A DNA stretch of 64,000 nucleotides from an uncultured virus (IMG/VR IMGVR_UViG_3300044701_003393) (Duplodnaviria > Heunggongvirae > Uroviricota > Caudoviricetes): the IMG/VR virus record IMGVR_UViG_3300044701_003393. One strand, 5' to 3'. The notes beneath the pieces are model-generated. The model did no database searches, had not been told where the DNA came from, and saw only the letters and a program-made list of their open reading frames with translations. Position 1 is the stretch's first letter. Each line of letters starts with the position of its first letter. This document shows positions 1 through 9,876 of this stretch, piece after piece. Position numbers and translations under genes: made by a program.

Positions 1-1
1 T

Positions 2-1678
2 AGGAACTCCACCATTTGCAGGTAATGCAGTTGCAATATTTGTTCCAGATCCAATATATTCAAGAGAATGTCCTGATGCAAGAACTCTACTTTGTTTGAA
101 GAAAGGAACAGTAGTACCAACTCCAACTGCATAGGGAACATTATCAGTAATTGTAATCGTACAAATTCCAGCAGAAACAGGTGTTGAATTTTGAATTACA
201 TAATAAGTTGGAATTAAATTTGCAGTACCTGTTGCAGTATTTATTCCAACATCAGGAGAGCTAAAAGTTACTGTAGGAGTTGAAGTATATCCTCTTCCAT
301 TTGAAATCATTTCGACGGAAACAATAGAACCATCTTTTACCTCAGCAACAGCAGTTGCGGGAATACCCCAAGGTGTAGATGGATTTCCAATCGTTAGATC
401 TGCATTTCCAGTATATCCAGTTCCACCAGAACCTACTGTAATACTTTCTACACTATAATAAAGTGTATCAAAATAAATGACTTGTCCGTCAAAAGGTCTG
501 ACTACATTTATTTTTGCAGTTCCACCAGATTGATATGTATGCGAAAGAGTAGAAACTCCAACATAAACTTCAAAGGAAGTTGGTGATGGAACACCAGCAA
601 CCTCAAAAATATAACCTTTATTACCTGATGGATAAGTTACAATTCCTGGACCAGAAGAGCAAGTAAATGCAAGTCCAGCAATTGAAACACCCATTCCAAC
701 ATTAAAGTTATGATTTGAACCTACAGTAATTGTTGTAAGTCCAGTTACATTATCATAAAGTGCATTCGTAACATTCAGAGTTGGAACATTTAAATCAAGA
801 ACAAAAGTATCTGCATTTTCTGCTGCAGATGCCGTTACAATACCTGTATATTTTAAAGGACCAACACTATCTGCCACTAGTCCATAATTTCCAAAAGAAG
901 AATTGGAGTTAGTTAAATCGCAAGCAGAACCAGAACCACAATAAACTGCGATTTCGTCGCAAATAGTAAAGAGGGAAACTAACTGTGCGTATCCTTCATT
1001 TGTAATAGAACACCCAATACCACCTTGATTATATTGAGTATAAGAATCAAGAACCATTGATTTTAATGGTCCAATACATTTTGAACCATCAATTTTGAGA
1101 CCAATACTATTTGGAATAAAATTCGTGCAATTTTGAATATATGGTGATTGGCTTGAATATCCTACTTGATTTGGATTAAATGCAAATATTGCTTTTCCTG
1201 GATTCAAAGTTCCAGTAAAAGACATTTCTGCAACATAATTACCTTCAAGAACATAAAATAAATCTTCATTTGCATTTTGAGGAGATACTGATACCTCTCT
1301 TAAACTATCTCCTACGATCGAAACTTGAGTTGGAAGTATTAATGGATTATTTTCTACATAAGATCCAGCACTAACTTTAATAACTGTTCCTGTTGTTGCT
1401 GCTGAGAGAGCTGCTCCGACTGTTCGTTTTGCGTCTCCAAGTTTTCTTCCTGTATTGGTGTCGTTTCCATCTTGAGTGACATATAAAATATTAGTAACCG
1501 TTGCTCCGGCACCCAGATTTACAATATCTGTTCCGATGCCTGCACGACTTCTTACGGAATACAAATCACCATCATAAGTATTAAGTCCAAGTTCTCCAGT
1601 TAGTAACTGGTTTACTGTTGGTTTCTTACCGGGAACTGCGGATCTTCTAATCCTGACGATAGGATTGGTATTTATCAT
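2..1678 (-). CDS. Tail fibre/virion structural protein, runs off the window start
   Basis: Hand translation from ATG 1678: MINTNPIVRIRRSAVPGKKPT...GELGLNTYDG...LYVTQDGNDTNTG...IVGDSLR, motifs typical of cyanophage fibre proteins. Confidence 0.75.
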   Translation of the reverse strand, partial: MINTNPIVRIRRSAVPGKKPTVNQLLTGELGLNTYDGDLYSVRSRAGIGTDIVNLGAGATVTNILYVTQDGNDTNTGRKLGDAKRTVGAALSAATTGTVIKVSAGSYVENNPLILPTQVSIVGDSLREVSVSPQNANEDLFYVLEGNYVAEMSFTGTLNPGKAIFAFNPNQVGYSSQSPYIQNCTNFIPNSIGLKIDGSKCIGPLKSMVLDSYTQYNQGGIGCSITNEGYAQLVSLFTICDEIAVYCGSGSACDLTNSNSSFGNYGLVADSVGPLKYTGIVTASAAENADTFVLDLNVPTLNVTNALYDNVTGLTTITVGSNHNFNVGMGVSIAGLAFTCSSGPGIVTYPSGNKGYIFEVAGVPSPTSFEVYVGVSTLSHTYQSGGTAKINVVRPFDGQVIYFDTLYYSVESITVGSGGTGYTGNADLTIGNPSTPWGIPATAVAEVKDGSIVSVEMISNGRGYTSTPTVTFSSPDVGINTATGTANLIPTYYVIQNSTPVSAGICTITITDNVPYAVGVGTTVPFFKQSRVLASGHSLEYIGSGTNIATALPANGGVP

Positions 1679-1736
1679 TCACTTAAGATGGTGGTATATA
1701 CCGTAAAACAACCCAATATTTATCGGGGGTTTTAGA

Positions 1737-1744
1737 TATTTATA
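1737..1744 (-). promoter_or_regulatory. T4-type late promoter TATAAATA
   Basis: Exact TATAAATA on the minus strand upstream of the fibre gene. Confidence 0.6.
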
Positions 1745-1745
1745 A

Positions 1746-3986
1746 TTAATATTCTCCGCAATCTATAATAATATTTTGTAAAAATCTTTCAGTTCCAATT
1801 GCAACAATGACTGTAGAAATTCCTGCAGTATCATTAAAAATTAAACTTCCACCAATGCCAACAGAACCTAAAACAGTTAATTGTTCTGTTGGATTTGTAG
1901 TGCCAATACCAACATAAGATAATGTATGAATACCAACACTAGTTTTAACCCAATAACTATCACCAGTTATTCCTTGAAGACCTTGAGTACCCTGGAGACC
2001 TTGAGTACCCTGGAGACCTTGAGACCCAGATCCTTGAAGACCTTGCAGACCTTGAAGACCCTGTGATCCTTGAGGTCCACGAATATTTCCTACATTCGTC
2101 CAAGAAACAGTATCATAAATCCATAAGTTTCCTGTATTTGTATCAATAACACCATCACCGGCACCTGCTGATGGGAATGCCGCATTTAATTCAGATTGCT
2201 CGTTTCCTGGAGTAAGAGCAAGAGAACCAATAATATTGAGAGATGTTCCTGTTTGACCCTGAAGACCTTGAGTACCTTGTAAACCTTGTGGACCCTGAAC
2301 TCCTTGAGAACCTTGTGAACCAGTATCTCCTTTATCACCAGTTCTTGCAAATGTAATAATAACATCTTCATTATTACTAAATGCTGTGGTGCTTCCAGAA
2401 ACATAAGCACAGAAGACCTGGAAATAACCACTCAGTTCTGTAATCGAAGATATTGTGAAGAGTGCAAAATCAGAACTGTCAAATTTATTGGATATTCTAA
2501 AGTGTCCTTTAATTGTTGATGTACTATCATCAATTGTTCTTAGGAAAGATTGGATATCAGTAGAACCGTCATTTTGATCATCAATATAAAGTTCAAGTGC
2601 AAGAGAAAGATCTAAATTATTAAACTTTAAGTACCCAATACCTGGATCAGAATTTGTAGTATCTGTGCTAAAAGTATAATCAAAAGTGGCACCACCAAAG
2701 TTTCCATCTTTACCTGATGTTCCCTGAACTCCTTGAAGACCTTGAGTTCCTTGAGTTCCTTGAAGGCCCTGAAGACCCTGAACTCCTTGGAGACCCTGAA
2801 CTCCTTGGAGACCTTGTGTACCTTGTCTCCCCTGAGTTCCCTGAAGACCTTGTAGACCTTGAGTTCCCTGAAGACCCTGTAGACCTTGAGTTCCTTGTAC
2901 TCCTTGTCTTCCCTGAGATCCTCTTTCGCCCTGAAGACCTTGAACCCCTTGGTTACTTAAACCCTGAATACCTTGATCGCCTTGAAGACCTTGAAGACCT
3001 TCTCTTCCTTGAATTCCTCTTTGCCCCTGTATTCCTTGAGTTCCTTGAAGACCCTGAGAACCTTGTGTTCCTTGAAGACCCTGAATTCCTTGATCTCCTT
3101 GAAGACCTCTAGTTCCTTGTAATCCTTGACGACCTTGTGTTCCCTGAAGACCCTGAAGACCTTGGGTTCCTTGAATAGAAAGACCTTGAGTTCCTTGAAG
3201 TCCTTGAGTTCCTTGCCTTCCTTGAAGACCCTGAAGACCTTGGGTTCCTTGAATAGAAAGTCCTTGAGTTCCCTGAAGACCTTGTGTACCTTGAAGTCCT
3301 TGTGTACCTTGAAGTCCTTGTGTTCCTTGAGTACCTTGAAGTCCTTGAGTTCCTTGTCTTCCTTGAAGACCTTGAGTGCCTTGAAGTCCTTGTGTACCTT
3401 GGGTTCCCTGAAGACCTTGAGTTCCTTGAGTACCTTGAAGTCCTTGGGTTCCTTGTCTTCCTTGAAGACCTTGAGTGCCTTGACGACCTTGAACTCCTTG
3501 AAGTCCTTGTGTACCTTGAAGACCTTGAGTTCCCTGAAGACCTTGAGTGCCCTGAAGACCTTGAGTTCCTTGAAGTCCCTGAGTTCCTTGTCTTCCTTGT
3601 GTTCCTTGTAAACCTTGAGTTCCTTGAGTTCCTTGATTACTTAAACCCTGAAGACCCTGAAGACCTTGATTACCTTGAGTTCCTTGGGTTCCTTGAAGTC
3701 CTTGAGATCCCTGTCTTCCTTGAGTACCCTGTCTTCCCTGAAGACCTTGAGTACCCTGATGCCCTTGAATACCAATTGTTCCTTGAATCCCCTGAAGACC
3801 TTGAGATCCTTGTCTTCCCTGAAGACCTTGAGATCCTTGATGACCTTGAGTTCCTTGAAAGTTGCTTAAAGGACCTTGAGTACCCTGAAGACCTTGCAGA
3901 CTTCCAGCCTCTCTCGTAAGTTTAAGAGAAGGTTTGTAACCTACAGTAACGTTATAACTGGTACTTCCAAGAGAAACTGAAGGCAT
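1746..3986 (-). CDS. Collagen-like (Gly-X-Gln) fibre protein with an inserted globular domain
   Basis: Long GTQ/GLQ/GRQ/GSQ triplet runs; C-terminal VGIGTTNP fibre motif. Confidence 0.85.
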   Translation of the reverse strand: MPSVSLGSTSYNVTVGYKPSLKLTREAGSLQGLQGTQGPLSNFQGTQGHQGSQGLQGRQGSQGLQGIQGTIGIQGHQGTQGLQGRQGTQGRQGSQGLQGTQGTQGNQGLQGLQGLSNQGTQGTQGLQGTQGRQGTQGLQGTQGLQGTQGLQGTQGLQGTQGLQGVQGRQGTQGLQGRQGTQGLQGTQGTQGLQGTQGTQGLQGTQGLQGRQGTQGLQGTQGTQGLQGTQGLQGTQGLQGTQGLSIQGTQGLQGLQGRQGTQGLQGTQGLSIQGTQGLQGLQGTQGRQGLQGTRGLQGDQGIQGLQGTQGSQGLQGTQGIQGQRGIQGREGLQGLQGDQGIQGLSNQGVQGLQGERGSQGRQGVQGTQGLQGLQGTQGLQGLQGTQGRQGTQGLQGVQGLQGVQGLQGLQGTQGTQGLQGVQGTSGKDGNFGGATFDYTFSTDTTNSDPGIGYLKFNNLDLSLALELYIDDQNDGSTDIQSFLRTIDDSTSTIKGHFRISNKFDSSDFALFTISSITELSGYFQVFCAYVSGSTTAFSNNEDVIITFARTGDKGDTGSQGSQGVQGPQGLQGTQGLQGQTGTSLNIIGSLALTPGNEQSELNAAFPSAGAGDGVIDTNTGNLWIYDTVSWTNVGNIRGPQGSQGLQGLQGLQGSGSQGLQGTQGLQGTQGLQGITGDSYWVKTSVGIHTLSYVGIGTTNPTEQLTVLGSVGIGGSLIFNDTAGISTVIVAIGTERFLQNIIIDCGEY
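2715..3900. repeat. Degenerate 9-bp tandem repeats encoding the collagen triplets
   Basis: Recurring units such as ccttgaaga and ccttgagtt. Confidence 0.9.
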
Positions 3987-4318
3987 TAGATTGACTCACT
4001 AGGATTTACAAGCACCATCCCATCAACAACTTTGGTTTTCTTTCCTTGAGAGGAGATGATAATCACATCATAATAATATCTTCCTGCTTTCAAATCATCA
4101 GAAACTGTATTTGCAAGAGATACTACAACTTGCCCTGCAGCAGATACAATACCAACATTAAATGAAGTTGATGTGGTTGATTCAGGAAACTTACGAATTT
4201 TTGCTACACCAGTATGTCCTGTTAAATCTAACGGACTTCCATCAGGATTATTAACAGTAAAGACTTCTTCGTAATCGGTTCCCTGTTCTACAACAATATT
4301 AACTGCTGGAACTGCCAT
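3986..4318 (-). CDS. Small virion structural protein (Ig-like; fibre/baseplate-associated)
   Basis: NIVVEQGTD...LDLTG...GRYYYDV pattern common beside phage fibre genes. Confidence 0.6.
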   Translation of the reverse strand: MAVPAVNIVVEQGTDYEEVFTVNNPDGSPLDLTGHTGVAKIRKFPESTTSTSFNVGIVSAAGQVVVSLANTVSDDLKAGRYYYDVIIISSQGKKTKVVDGMVLVNPSESI

Positions 4319-4376
4319 CTTTTTTTAGATTTTTAAGTATTTATGATAGAATAAATACTGCAGAATAACTATAAGT

Positions 4377-4967
4377 ATGAGTACGTTTGCTAAAAAGGGG
4401 TGGTACTATCTTCCCAATATTATCAGCAAAGAAGAAGCATTGGAGATTAAATATAAAAACCTCTGTGGTGCAGTAAGAGAACTTGGAAGTCTTAAAGGAC
4501 ATCACGATCCAGAAAGAGGAAGAGTGTTAACTTGTTATGCTCCACCAACCTGTACTTATATTATGTGGAGAGTCAAACCAATACTTGAGGAGTTGCTTGG
4601 TGAAGAACTTCTGCCGACTTATTGGTTCTCTACGACTTACCATAAAGGTGGTTGGATGAACTGTCATACTGACCGACCTTCCTGTGAAGTCTCAGTCACA
4701 ATGAATATTTGCGGTGATGCTGCTTGGCCGATTAAACTCAAAGATTTAGAAGGTAAGAATAGAGCAGTTGTAACACCTGTAGGACATGGAGTTGCGTATC
4801 TTGGAACTCAAGTAGAGCACTGGAGAAGTCCTCTAAGAACTCACGATAATGATCGTTTTATGCAATTATTCCTACACTTTGTAAGAAAAAACGGTCAATA
4901 CGTGGATTACGCATTTGACCGTAACGATAAGTGTTATCATTTATTAAATATGACTAAACCTTATTGA
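4377..4967 (+). CDS. 2OG-Fe(II) oxygenase
   Basis: HxD motif (HTDRPSCEVS) and distal His (EHWR); upstream ATAAATA at 4351. Confidence 0.8.
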   Translation: MSTFAKKGWYYLPNIISKEEALEIKYKNLCGAVRELGSLKGHHDPERGRVLTCYAPPTCTYIMWRVKPILEELLGEELLPTYWFSTTYHKGGWMNCHTDRPSCEVSVTMNICGDAAWPIKLKDLEGKNRAVVTPVGHGVAYLGTQVEHWRSPLRTHDNDRFMQLFLHFVRKNGQYVDYAFDRNDKCYHLLNMTKPY

Positions 4968-4971
4968 ATTA

Positions 4972-5517
4972 TTATACTGGAGGAAGTGGATCATTAATCA
5001 TTGGAACAGTTCTAATATCTGCAACATAAGCATCATAAATTGCTTGATCTATTGATACATTTGCTGGAGGTGCAGGAAGTTCAGTTGGAAAGGTTGGTGC
5101 TGCAGGAAGATCACGAAGAGATTGTCTCCAATCCTTAAATGCAGTTGTAAGATTAGTTCCTTGCTCTTTTGCTTTGATTACAATCCAATCAGTTTGAGAA
5201 AGAAGTTGATCTCTGTACTTACGAACAAGATTTAAACGTTTTGTTCCTTGTCTTGTATCATATGCTGCGATTTCATCATCCCATTGTTGTTGCGTAAGGA
5301 TTGCAAGACCCTCTACTTCATTAATCGTAGTAGTATCAGGACAGTTGGAAAGAAAGAATGTAATACCATTTACATCACTTAATGCATGAACTACTTCAAG
5401 ACCTTCAATATTTGGACCAATTGTACCGAACATTGGTCTTGAGAATTGTTCTGCTGTTGTTGCAAAAACTTCTGGATTATCTCTATCGACCAAATAATGT
5501 TTTATAAGTTGAGTCAT
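4972..5517 (-). CDS. Tail-fibre assembly chaperone-like protein
   Basis: C-terminal RDQLLSQTDW...WRQSLRDLP motif. Confidence 0.75.
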   Translation of the reverse strand: MTQLIKHYLVDRDNPEVFATTAEQFSRPMFGTIGPNIEGLEVVHALSDVNGITFFLSNCPDTTTINEVEGLAILTQQQWDDEIAAYDTRQGTKRLNLVRKYRDQLLSQTDWIVIKAKEQGTNLTTAFKDWRQSLRDLPAAPTFPTELPAPPANVSIDQAIYDAYVADIRTVPMINDPLPPV

Positions 5518-5545
5518 TTCTTATTTTGAGATACTTTCTTGATAT

Positions 5546-6205
5546 TTATGGAACCTTAATTCCATACTTCTGTTCTATTTCTTTATCTTGCTCTTCTTTT
5601 GTTTTAAACCCTTGAACTCTCATCCAAGTTACTAAAGTATATCTCTTACCTGAAAGTACAGGTTCTACGCAGTGCTTAAACCATCTAGAAGAAGGAAAAC
5701 AAACAAGAAGTCCTGGTTCTGGTTTGATTTTGATTCTTAGATCTGGAAAAGAAAAATAACCACCCTCAAAATCATCGTTGAGAAAAAGAACCGTAGAAAG
5801 ATCCCGATCTACACTCTTCTTCCACATTGTTGTTCCATCAGGATTCGTCCAAAGTGCTTCTGCATCATAATGAGGTTTATAGTGCCCTCCTTTTTCATAG
5901 TAAAGAAGTTGAGGCATTTCACTATCACGAATCTTAAAATTATAAAAAGGATTAATAACATGATCGATGATATTCTTCATCAAATCATGAACTTGAGGAA
6001 GAATAGGAGTTATATCAGCACACTTTACATCTCTAGATGTCTTATCTACTTTATGTTCTGATTTTTTTGTAAGATTTGTTTTATCAGGATCAAATACTCC
6101 CATCTGTTCCATATCTGCTTGATTAGCAAAATCAAGCAGATATTTACAGTTTTCCTTTGTGACTACTTTTGGTTGAATTAAAATATTGGATAATAAATCA
6201 TTCAT
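5546..6205 (-). CDS. Prolyl-4-hydroxylase-like 2OG-Fe(II) oxygenase
   Basis: YKPHYD, LFLNDDFEGG, HCVEPV and KRYTLVTW motifs. Confidence 0.85.
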   Translation of the reverse strand: MNDLLSNILIQPKVVTKENCKYLLDFANQADMEQMGVFDPDKTNLTKKSEHKVDKTSRDVKCADITPILPQVHDLMKNIIDHVINPFYNFKIRDSEMPQLLYYEKGGHYKPHYDAEALWTNPDGTTMWKKSVDRDLSTVLFLNDDFEGGYFSFPDLRIKIKPEPGLLVCFPSSRWFKHCVEPVLSGKRYTLVTWMRVQGFKTKEEQDKEIEQKYGIKVP

Positions 6206-6230
6206 ATCAATAATGATATAGTTACCTTAT

Positions 6231-9029
6231 TTAGTTTGCGTTTGAGACTGCTGCTAATTGATCTCTTGCTTGAGTAAGTTTTTGTGATGGGACTGATACT
6301 GTTTCTGTAAAGAAATCTAAACGATCGATTGTAGAAACAAGAGTAGGAGTACTACCACCACCAAAATAACCATAAGAACTACTTGATGTTGCTACTAAAC
6401 TACTTTTTTCTTGAGATAACTTAGGTGTTGGAGTACTTACGGTTTCTGTAGAGAAATCTAAACGGTCAATAGTGGAAGCATTTATTGTTGCTGGCGCTAG
6501 TAGTCCACCACCAAAGTAACCATAAGAATTACTTGATGTCCCCGCTAAATTTCTTTTTGCTGCAGATAATGTACTTGATACAGGTGTTACTGTTTCTGTA
6601 GAAAAATCTAAACGGTCTATGGTACAATCAATAATAGGAGTAGCCCCACCAGCAAAGTATCCAAAAGAACTACTTGAAGTTGCTACTAAACCATTTCTTA
6701 CCTTAGATAATTTAGGTGTTGGTACTGACACTGTTTCTGTAATAAAATCTAAACGATCGATTGTAGAAACAAGAGTAGGAGTACTACCACCACCAAAATA
6801 ACCATAAGAACTACTTGATGTTGCTGATATGTTATTTCTTGCTATAGATAATTTAGGTGTTGGTACTGACACTGTTTCTGTAATAAAATCTAAACGATCG
6901 ATTGTAGAAATATTACTTAGAGTAAATCCTCCACCAAAATAACCATAAAGAGTGCTTGAAAATGCTTTAAGACCAGTTCTTGCCTGAGATAACTTAGGTC
7001 CTGGTACTGATACTGTTTCGGTAGAGAAATCTAAACGGTTTATAGTACAAACATCAGTAGGAGTACCACCACCACCCCAATAACCATAAGTGGCAGAACC
7101 AACTCTTTGAGTCCCTCTTGCTCCTGATACTGCTCCTATTTCAGATCTTGCTTGAGATAATTTAGGTCCTGGTGTTGATACTGTTTCTGTAGAAAAATCT
7201 AAACGGTCTATGGTGGAGGTGAATCCAGGTGTTCTTCCTCCACCAAAGTAACCATAAGAATTACTTGAAACTGCTCCTTTGGATTTAACTCTTATTGAAG
7301 ATAACTTAGTTGATGTTGTAGTTACTGTTTCTGTAGTAAAATCTAAACGGTCTATGGTGGAAACAGGAGTGGGAGTATAACCACCACCAAAATATCCATA
7401 AGAACTACTTGAAACTGCTCCTAAACTATTTTTTACTTGAGATAACCTAGAGGTTAGTGTTGATACTATTTCTGTTGAAAAATCTAAACGGTCGATGGTA
7501 GAAAAAAGAGTAGTGGGGGAAACACCACCACCAAAGTATCCATAAAAAGCATTTGAAGCTGATGCAAACTTATTTTTTGCGGAACTTAAATAAGATGTCG
7601 GTGTCGTTACGGTTTCTGTAGAGAAATCTAGACGGTTAATATTAGAAAAAGTAGCTCCAGTTTCTGGTCCCCCACCTGCATAATATCCATAAAAATCACT
7701 TGAAACTGCATTTACAATTGCTGCTTTAGATAACTTAGATGTTGGATATAATATTGTTTCTGATGAAAAATCTAAACGATCTATGGTGCAATAAAAAACA
7801 CTAGGAGAACTAGCACCACCGGCAAAGTATCCATAAGAACTGCTTGATGTTACATCCAAACTATATCTTGCTGGGGATATTTTAGTTTGTGGTGTAGTTA
7901 TTGTTTCTGTGGATAAATCTAAACGATCAAATGTAGTAACTGGATTAGGTCCAGCTGGAATATCACCACCACCAAAATAACCAACATTAGCACTCTCAGG
8001 CCAGTTAGTAAACTTAGGAGAACCTCTGAAGATTTGCTGACGATTGACTTGGACTCCTGTTGATTGATCTTTTGCTTGAGACAATTTTGGTGATGGAACT
8101 GATACTGTTTCTGTCGAGAAATCTAAACGATCTATCGTACAGACATAAGTAGGAGCAGTAGTACCACCACCAAAGTAACCATAAGAACTACTTGAGACTG
8201 CTGCTAAACCAGATCTTGCTTGAGATAACTTAGGTGTTGGTGTTGTGACGGTTTCTGTGGAAAAATCTAGACGATCAATGGTGCAAACTCTAATAGTACC
8301 ATCAAAACCACCACCAAAGTAACCATAAGAATTACTTGATGTTGCTTCTAAAGTACCTCTTGCTTGAGATAATTTTGGGGTTGGTACTGATACTGTTTCT
8401 GTAGAGAAATCTAAACGATCTATAGTACAAACACGAATACCAGGAGAATTAATACCACCACCAAAGTAACCATAAGAACTACTTGAGACTGCCCCTAAAC
8501 TAAATCTTGCCTGAGATAACTGATAGGATCCAGGCGTTGATACGGTTTCTGCGGAAAAATCTAAACGATCTATAGTACAAACCAATGATGTGGTTGGAGT
8601 AACACTAATATCACCACCACCAAAATAACCATAAGAACTACTTGAGACTGCTGCCAAACCAGGTTTTGATTGAGATAACTTAGATGTTGGTACTGATACT
8701 GTTTCTGTAGAAAAATCTAGGCGATCTATAGTTGAGTAAGATACCGTAGGGGGAGTTCCAACTTGACGTTCTCCTCCACAAAAATAACCATAAGAACTAT
8801 TTGATACTGCTGCTAAACCAAATCTTCCTTGAGATAACTTAGGGGTTGGAGTACTTACGGTTTCTGTAGAGAAGTCTAAACGATCAATAGTAGAAATAAA
8901 ATCACTAGTAGCAATATCACCCCCACCAAAATAACCATAAAGAAGACCAGGAATATCTAGTGTTAGTCCTTCATTAACATTTGTTAGTTGTTCTGTTCTA
9001 ACTTCTCTAAGTGAAAATATCCCAGCCAT
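6231..9029 (-). CDS. Kelch-like beta-propeller repeat protein A (18 blades, 3 x 6)
   Basis: 18 repeats of YGYFGGG-loop-TIDRLDFSTETV-PTPKLSQAR; linkers after blades 6 and 12; ends AVSNAN. Confidence 0.8.
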   Translation of the reverse strand: MAGIFSLREVRTEQLTNVNEGLTLDIPGLLYGYFGGGDIATSDFISTIDRLDFSTETVSTPTPKLSQGRFGLAAVSNSSYGYFCGGERQVGTPPTVSYSTIDRLDFSTETVSVPTSKLSQSKPGLAAVSSSSYGYFGGGDISVTPTTSLVCTIDRLDFSAETVSTPGSYQLSQARFSLGAVSSSSYGYFGGGINSPGIRVCTIDRLDFSTETVSVPTPKLSQARGTLEATSSNSYGYFGGGFDGTIRVCTIDRLDFSTETVTTPTPKLSQARSGLAAVSSSSYGYFGGGTTAPTYVCTIDRLDFSTETVSVPSPKLSQAKDQSTGVQVNRQQIFRGSPKFTNWPESANVGYFGGGDIPAGPNPVTTFDRLDLSTETITTPQTKISPARYSLDVTSSSSYGYFAGGASSPSVFYCTIDRLDFSSETILYPTSKLSKAAIVNAVSSDFYGYYAGGGPETGATFSNINRLDFSTETVTTPTSYLSSAKNKFASASNAFYGYFGGGVSPTTLFSTIDRLDFSTEIVSTLTSRLSQVKNSLGAVSSSSYGYFGGGYTPTPVSTIDRLDFTTETVTTTSTKLSSIRVKSKGAVSSNSYGYFGGGRTPGFTSTIDRLDFSTETVSTPGPKLSQARSEIGAVSGARGTQRVGSATYGYWGGGGTPTDVCTINRLDFSTETVSVPGPKLSQARTGLKAFSSTLYGYFGGGFTLSNISTIDRLDFITETVSVPTPKLSIARNNISATSSSSYGYFGGGSTPTLVSTIDRLDFITETVSVPTPKLSKVRNGLVATSSSSFGYFAGGATPIIDCTIDRLDFSTETVTPVSSTLSAAKRNLAGTSSNSYGYFGGGLLAPATINASTIDRLDFSTETVSTPTPKLSQEKSSLVATSSSSYGYFGGGSTPTLVSTIDRLDFFTETVSVPSQKLTQARDQLAAVSNAN

Positions 9030-9856
9030 TAGATTCCAAATATAGAATACTTCGGAGTTGTTTTATGCCAGAACTCCATTTCTTTATATTTATCTGTTAT
9101 ATACTTACTAAGATACTTTGAGTTATCACGATGTATCTTTTGTACCTTATTTCTCACAGTATGCATATTCTCAAGACCATAAACGACATCATTTTCGTCA
9201 AACTTTGGTCGAACATTTGAGAAATCATAAGAATACTCAGGTATTCCCAGAAACGAATGAATACGATTGAGTTCTTTTTGTGGATTACTGACTAAGTTTT
9301 CATACTCAACAAACAACAAATATTTCTGATGACCTTTACGAAATGCTTCTGAAAGTGCGTGATAAGATTGACCGATAATACCTTGAGGAGACATTAGAAA
9401 ATCACATCGATTATCATTCGTGAGTTCTAAGTTTCTTTCTATCAGTGCGTTATCAATAAAAGATAAAGTCTTACTGCGTTCGATCAGTGCAAGAAAAGAA
9501 CTCATAATGTCCCGAATGTTTCTTACAGGGCAGATGATCTTTGGTTCTGGAGTAATATAATCTTGAATGTGTTGAATCTGATTCACCCAACCTCTTGATT
9601 TATCAATAATAATCGGTTCTGGTGTATCAAAGTAATAGTTATGAGGTATTGATGATAAAACCTTATGTGCTGCTTCTGGTTTTGGGTGTGCCTTATATTG
9701 CTCTGAGTTATATAACAAATACTCCTCAGTATAATGTATCGTATCTAAAAGAGGAGAGTTTGTAGATGCGTGGATCTGTGGATTTTGATTCAGAAGTGCA
9801 GTCAGAAGTGTCGAACCAGATCTTGGAAGACCTGACATAAAGTGAAAGGTTTTCAT
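9029..9856 (-). CDS. Sulfotransferase family protein
   Basis: PAPS-binding loop GLPRSGSTLL, DKSRGW, RNIRDIMSS, YENLV. Confidence 0.85.
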   Translation of the reverse strand: MKTFHFMSGLPRSGSTLLTALLNQNPQIHASTNSPLLDTIHYTEEYLLYNSEQYKAHPKPEAAHKVLSSIPHNYYFDTPEPIIIDKSRGWVNQIQHIQDYITPEPKIICPVRNIRDIMSSFLALIERSKTLSFIDNALIERNLELTNDNRCDFLMSPQGIIGQSYHALSEAFRKGHQKYLLFVEYENLVSNPQKELNRIHSFLGIPEYSYDFSNVRPKFDENDVVYGLENMHTVRNKVQKIHRDNSKYLSKYITDKYKEMEFWHKTTPKYSIFGI

Positions 9857-9876
9857 AATATAGAGTTTTGATGTAT

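Noticed and set aside
1705..1735. Hairpin with ATAAATA in its loop upstream of the first fibre gene
   Set aside because: Imperfect stem that does not cover the RBS; function cannot be supported.
2717..3919. Plus-strand ORFs with LEDLEF/LKTLSS repeats
   Set aside because: Antisense shadows of the 9-bp collagen repeat.
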